Positions 50,159 through 59,958 are shown, counted from the stretch's first letter. The stretch is DNA of 64,000 nt from Candidatus Latescibacterota bacterium (GCA_965203175.1 OZ241867.1:1312001-1376000), one strand, 5' to 3'. Numbers and translations: made by a program. Notes: generated by a model not told the origin, from the sequence alone.

Positions 50159-51022
50159 ATGAACTATCGATCTCTACTGATCGCCTGCTTGGCAACGCTG
50201 GGGCTGGCCGTCGCTGGCTGGGGGCAAGCCGACGGTAAAATCGCATTTGTCTCCGACCGCGAGGGACATGGTGACGTGTGGATTATGAATGCGGATGGGA
50301 GCGATCCCGTAAATCTAACCCAAGGACGGGATTGCGCTGGCCCGGCTTGGTCGCCAGATGGCACGCAGATCGCCTATATTGCCGGCGGCGAAATCTGGTT
50401 GATGAATGCCGACGGCAGTAATCCGCAACAGGTGACAGACGATCCCGTCGATAAAGCGCGGCTTTTTTGGTCTGAAGACGGGAGTAGCATTTACTATGTC
50501 GCCGTCGTGGCTTTGCCGATTCCAGAGGAGTGGGACGGCCCTGATGCGTTTGTTACGGCGCTGGACGGCAGTGGCGCGTCGCCTGTGGACTGGAGAGAGG
50601 TATATCGCCGCTTCCTCCCTGGTGTTTCTCCAGACGGAACCCTACTAGCAACCGTCTCGTTGTGGGACGGAGGGGGCCATAAGCATGTCAATTTCTACAT
50701 CCGCACCAGTGCCAGTGATCACATGCATCCGGGTCTTCTCCTACCTGAATCACTCCAGAATAAACTGATATACACCGAACCCTACGAAAATTGGCGAACA
50801 TTCCCTACTTGGTCGCCCGACGGACTGAGAATAGCCTTCTCTGGTTTTCTCGATTTCATGGGTCAGTTTGAGATTTGGGCCGCTGATACAGACATGGACA
50901 ACTGGGTCGAGTTGACCAACGGCTTAGGTGGACACTCTCCCGCTTGGCAACCGGCGATCCCTGCTGCTACGGGCGTCGAAGCCCAGTCGTGGGGACAGGT
51001 CAAATCGCTGCTTTCTCATTAA
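50159..51022 (+). CDS. Secreted TolB/PD40-like beta-propeller protein, array member
   Basis: MNYRSLLIACLATLGLAVAGWG|Q, KIAF.SDREG, PAWSPDG, tail TGVEAQSWGQVK. Confidence 0.88.
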   Translation: MNYRSLLIACLATLGLAVAGWGQADGKIAFVSDREGHGDVWIMNADGSDPVNLTQGRDCAGPAWSPDGTQIAYIAGGEIWLMNADGSNPQQVTDDPVDKARLFWSEDGSSIYYVAVVALPIPEEWDGPDAFVTALDGSGASPVDWREVYRRFLPGVSPDGTLLATVSLWDGGGHKHVNFYIRTSASDHMHPGLLLPESLQNKLIYTEPYENWRTFPTWSPDGLRIAFSGFLDFMGQFEIWAADTDMDNWVELTNGLGGHSPAWQPAIPAATGVEAQSWGQVKSLLSH

Positions 51023-51034
51023 TCGCGTCTCGTG

Positions 51035-51069
51035 CGTAGGGGCGGTGCGGAGCGCAAGCCGCCCCTACG
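51035..51069. repeat. GTAG-type REP-like palindrome, copy 1
   Basis: CGTAGGGGCGG-13 nt-CCGCCCCTACG just after the stop codon. Confidence 0.7.
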
Positions 51070-51130
51070 CGCCTTTCTGCACCAATCCTGCCTTATCGGT
51101 CCACAAGCGCAAAATCCAAAGTAATCTCTA

Positions 51131-51306
51131 TTCGAAAAGATCGTAGGCGGCCAACACGGAAAGCCGTGGACAACCTTGCGCTGACGGCTGAAGCTGCACA
51201 TCGTAAAAAGAATCATCTCATATTTTGAATGTTATGTTTTTCAATCCTTTAGGGTGCCCCTAAAGGATTTTTTGTCGGCGGTTGTATCTTAGGGGTGGGT
51301 CATGTG
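51131..51306 (+). promoter_or_regulatory. Second copy of the regulatory cassette, with a degenerate sigma54 core
   Basis: CACGGAAAGCCGTG at 51155, hairpin AATCCTTTAGGG/CCCTAAAGGATT, expected promoter position reads AGGGGTGGGTCATGTG. Confidence 0.6.
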
Positions 51307-51344
51307 TTAAAGGCCGGGACCTCCCAATCGTCGGAAGGACGAAT

Positions 51345-54300
51345 ATGAGCGACATATCCTTTGAGCACGTGTTGAGCAGTCAGTACACCATCTTTGATGG
51401 GCTGGCTGGGATGCACGTGGAAGACATCTACCAAGATAGCCGCGGGTTGTTGTGGATATCCACTGTCGATGGGGGCGTCAGTCGGTTCGACAGCGCCCGT
51501 TTCGAGACCTTGGGCCTTAAAGACGGCCTGCCCAATCTCTCGGTTATGACCATTGCCGAGGACGCGGATGGACGGATGCTGTTCGGCACGTTCGGCGGGG
51601 GGCTTGCCGTGTACGACGGGCGCGATTTTCAGGTGTACACCACGGAGCACGGCCTGCCTTCCAACGAGATTTTTAACCTGCAACCGCAGCCGGATGGCTC
51701 GATTCTAGTGCTGACCAGTGAGGGTGTGGGGTGGGTTGCTCAAGGCCACTGCATAAAGTCCATAACCCATATTGACGGCCAACCGCTGGGGCGGGTGTAC
51801 GATATGGTCACCGACGCGGGTGGCATCACTTGGTTGGCGACATGGGGCCAAGGTGTCCTCAGTTTGGATGGGCGGCGCATGGATACTGGAGGTCGGCAGG
51901 TCCAATACTCTTGGAAACTCGCCCAAGACCCCTCCGGCTATTTATGGATCGCCTTCCAATATACGGGAACCGAAGCCTTGATTGGCCGTTACGATCCGCG
52001 GAATGAACAGCTTGCATTCATCAATGTGGGCAATGAGACTGAGGGGGCCGTGCAGCAGGGGACGCGGCACATCCGCAGCGACGAGCGAGGCTGGCTCTGG
52101 CTGTCTCGTCGGGGCGTACTTTGCTACAATGGGCAGGAGTGGCACTCTTTTTCCGCCTCCCTGCCGGATATTGACTTTTCGGATACACGTCTGACCTACG
52201 AGGACCGCGAGGGCAATATCTGGATAGGACTCTGGGGAGGTGGGGTAATTTTTTGCGATCCGGCCAGCATCCGGCGCTACATCGAAGCCGACGGCCTACC
52301 CGACCGCGAGATTCGCTGCTTGGGCGAAGATCGCGAAGGACGGGTGTGGATTGGGACGATGGGGGGCATGGCCTGCATGGAAGAGGGCCAAATCCGCCCG
52401 GTCAAGACAGGGGAAATTGTCTCGGCGATGGTAATAGATGGCCAGGGCCAGGTCTGGAGTGGCGGGAATGCAGGCAAGGTGTATAAGTGTGAGGGCCAAA
52501 CGCTACAAGCGATCTCCGTGTCCGAAGAGACCCATCCCGAAGAAATCGTCGGGCTATGCGAAGATGAGCAAGGGCGTATCTGGGTCGGCACGTTCGATGG
52601 CCGCTTCGGCTGGATAGAAGAGGACCAAATCACCTGCCTCACCGATATGTCGCTCTATGAAGGCCGAGCTATGCTACACGACCAAGATGGAGTACTCTGG
52701 ATCGGTTCATACGGAGTAATACCGGCACTCTGGTGTTATGAAGGTGGGCACTTGCACCCGGCGGATATGGCCGAGTCCGAGTCCATCGCCTATGTCAACG
52801 TCTTGTGGGAGCATCAAAACACGCTGTGGGTCGGCACGGCCAAGGGGCTTTTCGCCCTTGATCTCTCGTCGCGGGAGGCGCGTCGGTTTACTGCCGAGCA
52901 GTTTGGGCTGTCGGCCAATAGCATTTTGGCGTTGACAGCCGACTCACACGGCAACATCTGGATCGGCACCAGCGGCGGCGGCGTCCTCCGCTACGACGGT
53001 CAGACCTTCCAGAGCATTCGCTTGGGGCCATCCGCTCTTGAAAACAAGGTCGAAGCCGTCCTGTGCGACCATCGCGGTCGGCTGTGGTTTGGCACGCGGG
53101 CGGGACTGGTTGCCTACCAGCCGGGACACACGCCGCCGCGCTTGGTCATCCGCGAGGTCATGGCCGGTACCCTATTGGCCGCCCCCGAAGCCGTATCCTG
53201 TCCAGAGAGTACCCCTGAGATCCGCATTCACTTCCAAGGTATCAGCTTCCGAACCGGCGCGGGACAAATGCGCTATAGCCACCGGCTGTTAGGGCACGAT
53301 CCGACGGAACAATGGAGTGCGTTTACGGCTGCTAATGCGGTCGCGTATAGTACCCTGCCAGTGGGCGAGTATCGCTTTGAGGTGCGGACGATGGACCGCG
53401 ATGGCCTGATCTCTGAGGTCGCCAGCTTAGAGATTCAGATCCTCCCCGACGCCAAAACCGAACGCATCCATGCCCTTGAAAACGTACTGCGAGCTACCGA
53501 CCACGTCGTACACAGTCAGAGTTGGGCGATGCGCCAAGTGATGGAGCAGACCGTGCGCGTCGCTGAGACGGCGATGACCGTGCTGGTGCTAGGCGAGACT
53601 GGCACGGGCAAGGGCTTACTCGCGCAGACCATCCATGAAACAAGCACCCGCCGCGAGCGGCCCTTCATCCGCGTCAATTGCGGAGCGCTGCCGGCTGGGT
53701 TGGTTGAAAGCGAACTGTTCGGCCACGAGAAGGGGGCCTTTACTGGGGCGGCGAGCCGTCAGCTCGGCCGCTTTGAGCTGGCCGATGGCGGTACGCTCTT
53801 CTTGGACGAAATCGGCGATTTGCCGTTGGAATCTCAGCGGGTGCTGCTGCACATCTTAGAGGAGAAGGCGCTGACTCGGGTTGGCGGCCAACAGCCTGTA
53901 AGCGTGGACGTACGGGTCATTGCGGCGACCAATCGCGATCTGCGGCAGGCGATCCAAGAGGGTACGTTCCGCGAAGACCTATTCTACCGGCTGAGCGTAT
54001 TTACCTTAGAGCTTCCACCACTGCGGCAGCGGCAAGAGGATATACCGGCTCTGGCGGTGCATTTTGCGAAGCAGTATGCCCAACATCTGCAGCGGCCGGT
54101 GCCGACGCTAGATGAGGGAGTGGTCGCGCACTTGCAGGGGTATGCTTGGCCGGGGAATGTGCGCGAGTTGGAGCACCTGATCAATCGGGCGGTTTTGCTG
54201 TGCGAGGGTGGGGTGATACGCGCTGGAGACTTGCCGCTGCTGTCGGCTGCACGGCGCAGGGATGCGGTGCTGTCCGCGACAGCAGATGGCGAAGGCTTGG

Positions 54301-54461
54301 ACGAAAAGCAGCAGCTTGTGGAGGCGTTGCAAGCGACTAACTGGATTATCTATGGCGAGCGGGGTGCGGCGCGCTTGTTGGGCATGAATCCGGAACGGCT
54401 GCGCTCCCGCATGCGCTACTATGGACTGCGACGACCGAAAAAACCCGGTACGGGCAAGTAG
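51345..54461 (+). CDS. Sigma54-dependent activator with Reg_prop beta-propeller repeats and Y_Y_Y domain (copy 2)
   Basis: Colinear paralog of 42431..45580. GETGTGK, GAFTGA, and a near-identical HTH (GAARLLGMNPERLRSRMR). Start trimmed to MSDISF. Confidence 0.92.
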   Translation: MSDISFEHVLSSQYTIFDGLAGMHVEDIYQDSRGLLWISTVDGGVSRFDSARFETLGLKDGLPNLSVMTIAEDADGRMLFGTFGGGLAVYDGRDFQVYTTEHGLPSNEIFNLQPQPDGSILVLTSEGVGWVAQGHCIKSITHIDGQPLGRVYDMVTDAGGITWLATWGQGVLSLDGRRMDTGGRQVQYSWKLAQDPSGYLWIAFQYTGTEALIGRYDPRNEQLAFINVGNETEGAVQQGTRHIRSDERGWLWLSRRGVLCYNGQEWHSFSASLPDIDFSDTRLTYEDREGNIWIGLWGGGVIFCDPASIRRYIEADGLPDREIRCLGEDREGRVWIGTMGGMACMEEGQIRPVKTGEIVSAMVIDGQGQVWSGGNAGKVYKCEGQTLQAISVSEETHPEEIVGLCEDEQGRIWVGTFDGRFGWIEEDQITCLTDMSLYEGRAMLHDQDGVLWIGSYGVIPALWCYEGGHLHPADMAESESIAYVNVLWEHQNTLWVGTAKGLFALDLSSREARRFTAEQFGLSANSILALTADSHGNIWIGTSGGGVLRYDGQTFQSIRLGPSALENKVEAVLCDHRGRLWFGTRAGLVAYQPGHTPPRLVIREVMAGTLLAAPEAVSCPESTPEIRIHFQGISFRTGAGQMRYSHRLLGHDPTEQWSAFTAANAVAYSTLPVGEYRFEVRTMDRDGLISEVASLEIQILPDAKTERIHALENVLRATDHVVHSQSWAMRQVMEQTVRVAETAMTVLVLGETGTGKGLLAQTIHETSTRRERPFIRVNCGALPAGLVESELFGHEKGAFTGAASRQLGRFELADGGTLFLDEIGDLPLESQRVLLHILEEKALTRVGGQQPVSVDVRVIAATNRDLRQAIQEGTFREDLFYRLSVFTLELPPLRQRQEDIPALAVHFAKQYAQHLQRPVPTLDEGVVAHLQGYAWPGNVRELEHLINRAVLLCEGGVIRAGDLPLLSAARRRDAVLSATADGEGLDEKQQLVEALQATNWIIYGERGAARLLGMNPERLRSRMRYYGLRRPKKPGTGK

Positions 54462-54482
54462 AAGGCAGAGCTCGGAGCTAAC

Positions 54483-54538
54483 TACGAAAAATCGTATTGA
54501 GGATACGAAAAATCGTATTGAGGATACGGAAAATCGTA
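54483..54538. promoter_or_regulatory. Three phased palindromes TACG-N6-CGTA (putative UAS)
   Basis: Copies start at 54483, 54504 and 54525, an exact 21-bp period. Confidence 0.75.
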
Positions 54539-54602
54539 TATTGCCTTGTGCCGATGGCGAGGCTGCGCATCAGGAAAGCCTCACGATATAATTGTTAAGT
54601 AT

Positions 54603-54645
54603 TATGTTTTTCAATCCTTTAGGGTATTCCTGAAGGATTTTTTTG
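54603..54645 (+). terminator. Conserved hairpin plus T-run overlapping an IHF-like site, copy 3
   Basis: TTTCAATCCTTTA (one mismatch to WATCAANNNNTTR) and AATCCTTTAGG/CCTGAAGGATT-TTTTT. Confidence 0.6.
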
Positions 54646-54661
54646 TAGGTGGCCGAATTTT

Positions 54662-54677
54662 TGGCACGGAATATGCA
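54662..54677 (+). promoter_or_regulatory. Sigma54 (-24/-12) promoter
   Basis: TGGCACGGAATATGCA. Confidence 0.82.
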
Positions 54678-54735
54678 TACATATAAGTTCTCAGTAGTGT
54701 GCCTTATTCATAAATCTTATGAAAGGAGCCGCGTT

Positions 54736-55629
54736 ATGAACTATCGGTCGATACTGATCGTCTGCTTGGCAACGCTGGGACTGGCCGTCGCCGGCTGGGG
54801 GCAAGCCGACGGTAAAATTGCGTTTATCTCCGACCGCGAGGAACACGATGACGTGTGGATTATGAATGCGGACGGGAGCAATTCCGTAAACCTGACCAAA
54901 GGACGGGATTGTGCTAGCCCGGCTTGGTCCCCGGATGGCACGAAGATCGCCTATATCGGCGACGTTTTTGATGATGATCAGTACGGTGGGGAGATTTGGT
55001 TGATGGATGCCGATGGCGGCAATCCACAGCAGCTAACAGAAGATAGAGTAATTCTTTGGTTGGCTTCAGCCGATAAAGAGAGTCTTTCGTGGTCTGAAGA
55101 CGGGAGTAGCATCTACTACACTACGGTGCGTTCGGAGGACGGCGGCTTCAGCGTAGAGTTCGATAATTTCGTCGTAGGGCTAGACGGAAGTGAGCCCATA
55201 TACGTAGATTCAGAGTTCCCCGATTTCGCTATTCTTCATCCGGTTTCTCCGGACGGCACCAAAAGAGCTCACGTCGTGTTAAACGATGAAGACGGTCAGG
55301 CTCGCCTCTATATCGTCGACTTGGTCGAGTACGAGCAAATAGCCATTGATCTGACGGATCTACCCAACGTCGACGTTACAGGCGTAAACCTAGTGACTTC
55401 TTCTACTTGGTCGCCCAACGGCATGAGAATCGCCTTCGAGTTTTACCCCGATTTTTTCAGCCAGCATGAAATCTGGGCGGTTGATATAGACGGGAGCGAC
55501 TTGGTCGAATTGACCAACGGCTTGGGTGGACGCGATCCCGCTTGGCAACCCGTTGTCCCTTCTGCTACTGCCACGAGCGTCGAAGCCCAGTCGTGGGGAC
55601 GGATCAAATCGCTGCTTTCAGTTCCATGA
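54736..55629 (+). CDS. Secreted TolB/PD40-like beta-propeller protein, array member
   Basis: Conserved signal and N-terminal blades, tail TSVEAQSWGRIK. Confidence 0.88.
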   Translation: MNYRSILIVCLATLGLAVAGWGQADGKIAFISDREEHDDVWIMNADGSNSVNLTKGRDCASPAWSPDGTKIAYIGDVFDDDQYGGEIWLMDADGGNPQQLTEDRVILWLASADKESLSWSEDGSSIYYTTVRSEDGGFSVEFDNFVVGLDGSEPIYVDSEFPDFAILHPVSPDGTKRAHVVLNDEDGQARLYIVDLVEYEQIAIDLTDLPNVDVTGVNLVTSSTWSPNGMRIAFEFYPDFFSQHEIWAVDIDGSDLVELTNGLGGRDPAWQPVVPSATATSVEAQSWGRIKSLLSVP

Positions 55630-55678
55630 CATAGATCAACCTTCTTATTCAATCTATCCATCCGAAAGGAACCACGTT

Positions 55679-55777
55679 ATGAACTATCGGTCTCTACTAA
55701 TCGCCTGCTTGGCAACGCTGGGTCTAGCTGTTGAATGTTGCTTTTCACTCACCATCCAGAAAGGATGTGAACTATGA
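55679..55777 (+). pseudogene. 5' stub of an array paralog (signal peptide only)
   Basis: Full conserved RBS region and MNYRSLLIACLATLGLAV, then homology stops abruptly near 55732. Confidence 0.8.
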
Positions 55778-56526
55778 CACATATTATTGCAGTCTCGTGC
55801 GCCCTCGCTTTGTGGGCCTTGCCCGCCGCTGCTCAAAACGACTGGCTGGGCACTTGGGAAGCTCACGTCGATCAAGTCGAGCACTACGTCTTCTACGACA
55901 AAAACGGTCGTGAGGTCACACAAGCGAAGTACGACAAGCTCATCCCTAGCTTTCAGGGGTCCATCGACACCCTGCGCATCAACGACGCGGACTGGATCAT
56001 CATCCACATGACCTTCAACGTCGATGGCACCTTTCAAATCCGCGAAGAGTTCCTCGCGAATGATGGCGACCTGTTCGCCAGCTTAGATGAAATGCTAGCC
56101 GCAAAGCTGGAACTCGACTCAATCAACGCCTTTCCTGCGGTAGCCACCATGACCTACGAGACAACCGGCACCTATGGCATCGATGGCGATACCATGTCGT
56201 GGGAAGCCGACGAACAGACTCTGTACGCAGGTGACACAGAGGCCAACGCATTCTTCGCCGCAGTCGCCTCGCAGCTAGCCGAGCAGTCAGAGCTTCCCGG
56301 AGACATAGGCCCCGACTTTGTAGAGGAATTTGGCGACAACTTGGGCAGAGTGCAGACGACGTCTGGCTCGTATGTTTACCAAGTTGAGGACGGCAGCCTC
56401 TTTCTCTCGCGCAACGGCAACTCCCTCTTGCAAGCGAGTTGGTTGAGTTCCATAGTACTGTCCCGCGTCGCCGACGACACGGCCGTGACCCCTACTAGTT
56501 GGGGCAGCCTGAAAGCAAGCAACTAA
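55774..56526 (+). CDS. Unrelated secreted acidic protein with WGxLK tail
   Basis: Signal ...LPAAA|QND, no PD40 motifs, ends DDTAVTPTSWGSLKASN. Confidence 0.8.
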   Translation: MTHIIAVSCALALWALPAAAQNDWLGTWEAHVDQVEHYVFYDKNGREVTQAKYDKLIPSFQGSIDTLRINDADWIIIHMTFNVDGTFQIREEFLANDGDLFASLDEMLAAKLELDSINAFPAVATMTYETTGTYGIDGDTMSWEADEQTLYAGDTEANAFFAAVASQLAEQSELPGDIGPDFVEEFGDNLGRVQTTSGSYVYQVEDGSLFLSRNGNSLLQASWLSSIVLSRVADDTAVTPTSWGSLKASN

Positions 56527-56713
56527 GCAGGCGAAGCGATGAATAGGCTGACCGGGCCAACAATGGACACGCCGCCGGCACTTGGATAATTCCCACGTTG
56601 TTTCTCAGACTCCAAGGATGACTTTTAAATTTCAAACGGATACACTACCAAGCACATACTTGGGCGCTCAGGGATATAAATCCCATTCCTAATCTTCTGA
56701 AAGGAGCCATATT

Positions 56714-57625
56714 ATGAACTATCGATCTCTACTGATCGTCTGCTTGGCAACGCTGGGACTAGCCGTCGCTGGCTGGGGGCAAGCAGATGGTAAAATCGCA
56801 TTTATCTCCGACCGCGAGGGGCACTCTGACGTGTGGATTATGAATGCCGATGGGAGCGACCCCGTGAATTTGACCCAAGGACGGGATTGCGCTAGTCCGG
56901 TTTGGTCCCCGGATGGCACACAGATCGCCTATATTGCCAGCGGCGAAATCTGGTTGATGGGTGCCGATGGCAGCAATTCGCAACAGGTGACAGATGATGC
57001 CGTCGATAAAGCGCGGCTTTGGTGGTCTGAAGACGGGAGTAGCATTTACTATGTCGCCGTCATGACCGAGCCGCTGCCAGACGAGTGGGCTCCTGATGCG
57101 TTCGTTGCGGCGCTGGACGGCAGTGGCCCGTCGCCTGCGGACTGGAGAGAGGTATATGACCGCTTCCTCCCTGGTCTTTCCCCAGACAGAACCATAGCAG
57201 CATGGCTCACGTTGATAGAGCACGAGGATGCAGAGGGCCTTATCTATGCTTACTTCAACTTTTACAGTTACGGTGATCCCGATGATCACAGGCACCCAGG
57301 TCTTCTCCTGCCTGAATTGCGCCAGAATAAAGATATATACGGCGAACCCTACGATCATTGGCGGACTTTTCCTACTTGGTCGCCCAACGGCATAAGCATC
57401 GCCTTCGCTGGTTTTCTCGATGTCATTGGCCAGTTCGATATTTGGGCTGCTGATGTAGCAGAAGCAGATGAGAAAGGAAGGATCAAATTGACTGACTTGA
57501 CTAGCTTGACTAATGGTTTAGGTGGACGTGAGCCCGCTTGGCAACCGGTTCTCCCTTCTGCTACTGCCACGAGCGTCGAGGCCCAGTCGTGGGGACGGAT
57601 CAAATCGCTGCTTTCAGTACCATAG
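56714..57625 (+). CDS. Secreted TolB/PD40-like beta-propeller protein, array member
   Basis: Same architecture, closest to 50159 and 59959. Confidence 0.88.
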   Translation: MNYRSLLIVCLATLGLAVAGWGQADGKIAFISDREGHSDVWIMNADGSDPVNLTQGRDCASPVWSPDGTQIAYIASGEIWLMGADGSNSQQVTDDAVDKARLWWSEDGSSIYYVAVMTEPLPDEWAPDAFVAALDGSGPSPADWREVYDRFLPGLSPDRTIAAWLTLIEHEDAEGLIYAYFNFYSYGDPDDHRHPGLLLPELRQNKDIYGEPYDHWRTFPTWSPNGISIAFAGFLDVIGQFDIWAADVAEADEKGRIKLTDLTSLTNGLGGREPAWQPVLPSATATSVEAQSWGRIKSLLSVP

Positions 57626-57677
57626 ACATATATCTAACTTTCTCATTCAATGCTATCCATCCGAAAGGAGCTACGTT

Positions 57678-58643
57678 ATGAACTATCGATCTCTACTAAT
57701 CGCCTGCTTGGCAACGCTGGGGCTGGCCGTCGCTGGCTGGGGGCAAGCCGACGGCAAAATCGCATTTACCTCGTGGCGCGAGGGGTCCGGGGACGTGTGG
57801 ATTATGAATGCGGATGGAAGCGACCCCGTAAACTTAACCCAAGGTCGGCATGGGCATTGCGTTGACTTGGTTTGGTCTCCAGATGGCACGAAGATCGCCT
57901 ATCTCGCCTTTAGTGACGATCCCGAGCCCGATTCTGATGGTGCCATTTGGGTCGATTATTCCGTTGCCGATATATGGGTGATGGACGCCGATGGTGGCAA
58001 CTCGCAACAAGTGGGATCTCTAACTCCCGGAAATGAAGTACTTTTTTGGGCTGAAGACGGAAGTAGCGTTTACTACTACCTGCGGGACCCCCAACAGCTA
58101 TTCGCTGTGGCGCTGGACGGCAGTGGTTTCTCACCTATATCTCGGACGGACGGGACTGGAATAGTCCGCCGGTTCTTCGATAATTCCAATCTTTCTCCAG
58201 ACGGAACCAAGCGGGCAACCGTCGTGTTGCAGGACGACGAGGGCAATGCCTATCTACGCCTAGCTGGCTACACCCCTATACGCCTAGCTGGCCTAGCTGG
58301 CTACGCCCCTACTGAGGGGCCGCAGCCTTCTGACCAGATAGAAGATTTCAGGGAGATTCCCCTTCCCGATCTACCCTATCAACAAGCTGAACTTGAACCC
58401 GGCTGGTATAGAGTGGCTCACTCTACTTGGTCGCCTGACAGCATGAGAATCGCCTTCTATGCCGCTAACGAGAAAGGGTACAGGGAGGTTTGGGTTGTTG
58501 GTATAGACGGGAGCAACTTGGTTAATCTGACCGACGGTTTGGGCGGAGATTATCCCGCTTGGCAACCCGTCGTCCTTTCTGCTGCCGCCACGAGCGTCGA
58601 AGCTCAGTCGTGGGGACGGATCAAAGCGCTGCTTTCTCATTAA
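57678..58643 (+). CDS. Secreted TolB/PD40-like beta-propeller protein, array member
   Basis: Start trimmed to MNYRSLL, tail TSVEAQSWGRIK. Confidence 0.88.
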   Translation: MNYRSLLIACLATLGLAVAGWGQADGKIAFTSWREGSGDVWIMNADGSDPVNLTQGRHGHCVDLVWSPDGTKIAYLAFSDDPEPDSDGAIWVDYSVADIWVMDADGGNSQQVGSLTPGNEVLFWAEDGSSVYYYLRDPQQLFAVALDGSGFSPISRTDGTGIVRRFFDNSNLSPDGTKRATVVLQDDEGNAYLRLAGYTPIRLAGLAGYAPTEGPQPSDQIEDFREIPLPDLPYQQAELEPGWYRVAHSTWSPDSMRIAFYAANEKGYREVWVVGIDGSNLVNLTDGLGGDYPAWQPVVLSAAATSVEAQSWGRIKALLSH

Positions 58644-58655
58644 TCGCGCCTCGTG

Positions 58656-58690
58656 CGTAGGAGCGGTGCGGAGCGCAAGCCGCCCCTACG
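58656..58690. repeat. GTAG-type REP-like palindrome, copy 2
   Basis: CGTAGGAGCGG...CCGCCCCTACG. A half copy also lies at 60937-60961. Confidence 0.7.
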
Positions 58691-58766
58691 TGCCTTGATG
58701 GGAAGCGAAAAAAACGACCAAGCTGCCATAAGGGATGAGGTCTAATCTTCTGAAAGGAGGCACGTT

Positions 58767-59801
58767 ATGAACTATCGGTCTCTACTGATCGTCTGCTTGG
58801 CAACGCTGGGGCTGGCCGTCACTGGCTGGGGGCAAATCGACGGTAAGGATGTTGACAATCCGGCCGGTCCGTCGTTGTCGGCGGGGACGAGCAGTAATGA
58901 GGAGGCTTGGGTCGTCGGGGCCATACGCCGCCTGACCGATCACTCGGCCAATTACAGGTCTCCGTCTTGGTCTCCGGATGGCCAGCATATCGTCTTCGAT
59001 TCCAACCGCCGCGGCAAGGCGGATATTTACGTAATGGGTGCGGATGGGAGCAACCCCCGCCGCCTGACCGACCACCCAGATTGGGCCGCGTATCCCTCTT
59101 GGTCTCCGGATGGCCAGCACATTGCCTTCATATCCGAGCACGACAGCAGCGATGTAGGTTCGGATATTTACGTGATAGGTGCGGATGGGAGCAACCGCCG
59201 CAACCTGACCAACGACTCGGAGTGGCACTATTCTCCGTCTTGGTCTCCCGATGGCCGGCACATCGCCTTCGTGACCGTGGCCGGGCACTACGGAGAGTCT
59301 AATATTTACGTAATGGATTTGGATGGGAGCGGCCCCCGCCGCCTGATAGCCCACCCAGGGCCGATCCGGTCTCCGTCTTGGTCGCCGGATGGCCAATACA
59401 TCGCCTTCGATTCCGACCGCGACGGCAACATTTACGTAATGGGTTCGGATAGGAGCTACCGCCGCCGCCTGACCGACCACCCGGCCGACGATAGGTCTCC
59501 GTCTTGGTCTCCGGATGGCCGGCACATCGCCTTCGAGTCCAATCGCGACGGCGACTGGGAGATCTACGTGATGGATTCGGATGGGAGCAATCCCCGCCGC
59601 CTGACCGACCACCCGGCCGACGATAGGTCTCCGTCTTGGTCTCCGGATGGCCGGCACATCGCCTTCGAGTCCAATCGCGACGGCAACTGGGAGATCTACG
59701 TGATGGACATCGCGTCTCATATCGGCGGGGAGCCGACGGCTGTGGCCGAGACCTCGTGGGGACGGATCAAGAGGCATTTGCAAGATCATGCCGGCAACTA
59801 A
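58767..59801 (+). CDS. Secreted PD40-repeat protein (6 regular repeats) with WGxIK tail
   Basis: Six PSWSPDG.HI.F repeats, array-type signal peptide, tail GGEPTAVAETSWGRIK. Confidence 0.9.
   Translation: MNYRSLLIVCLATLGLAVTGWGQIDGKDVDNPAGPSLSAGTSSNEEAWVVGAIRRLTDHSANYRSPSWSPDGQHIVFDSNRRGKADIYVMGADGSNPRRLTDHPDWAAYPSWSPDGQHIAFISEHDSSDVGSDIYVIGADGSNRRNLTNDSEWHYSPSWSPDGRHIAFVTVAGHYGESNIYVMDLDGSGPRRLIAHPGPIRSPSWSPDGQYIAFDSDRDGNIYVMGSDRSYRRRLTDHPADDRSPSWSPDGRHIAFESNRDGDWEIYVMDSDGSNPRRLTDHPADDRSPSWSPDGRHIAFESNRDGNWEIYVMDIASHIGGEPTAVAETSWGRIKRHLQDHAGN
59462..59707 (+). repeat. Near-identical 132-bp-period intragenic tandem duplication (one propeller blade)
   Basis: 59462-59575 and 59594-59707 differ at one visible position (GGCGAC/GGCAAC). 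Confidence 0.85.
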
Positions 59802-59958
59802 GCAGAACAGGTTGAGTGCATTTGTCGGCTCCTCCAGCGCCTGCCAGAGGAGTTCCGCCGAGCGCTGGACAACCTAGCCATCGTCGTCGAGGACTCATAA
59901 CAACTAAAGGCTGCGTAACGTCAGTTATTCAATCTATCCATTCGAAAGGAGCCGCGTT

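Noticed and set aside
50108-50162. Array spacers begin with ATCTAAC (RYYYAAC) and end with GTTATGA, superficially like integron attC sites
   Set aside because: There is no internal L-box complementarity or hairpin, the right end is just the RBS/start context (GGAG-CCAC-GTT-ATG), and no integrase is in the window.
54483-54538. 21-bp tandem repeats as a mini-CRISPR or iteron set
   Set aside because: No unique spacers and no cas or rep genes. The fixed distance to sigma54 promoters fits enhancer sites better.
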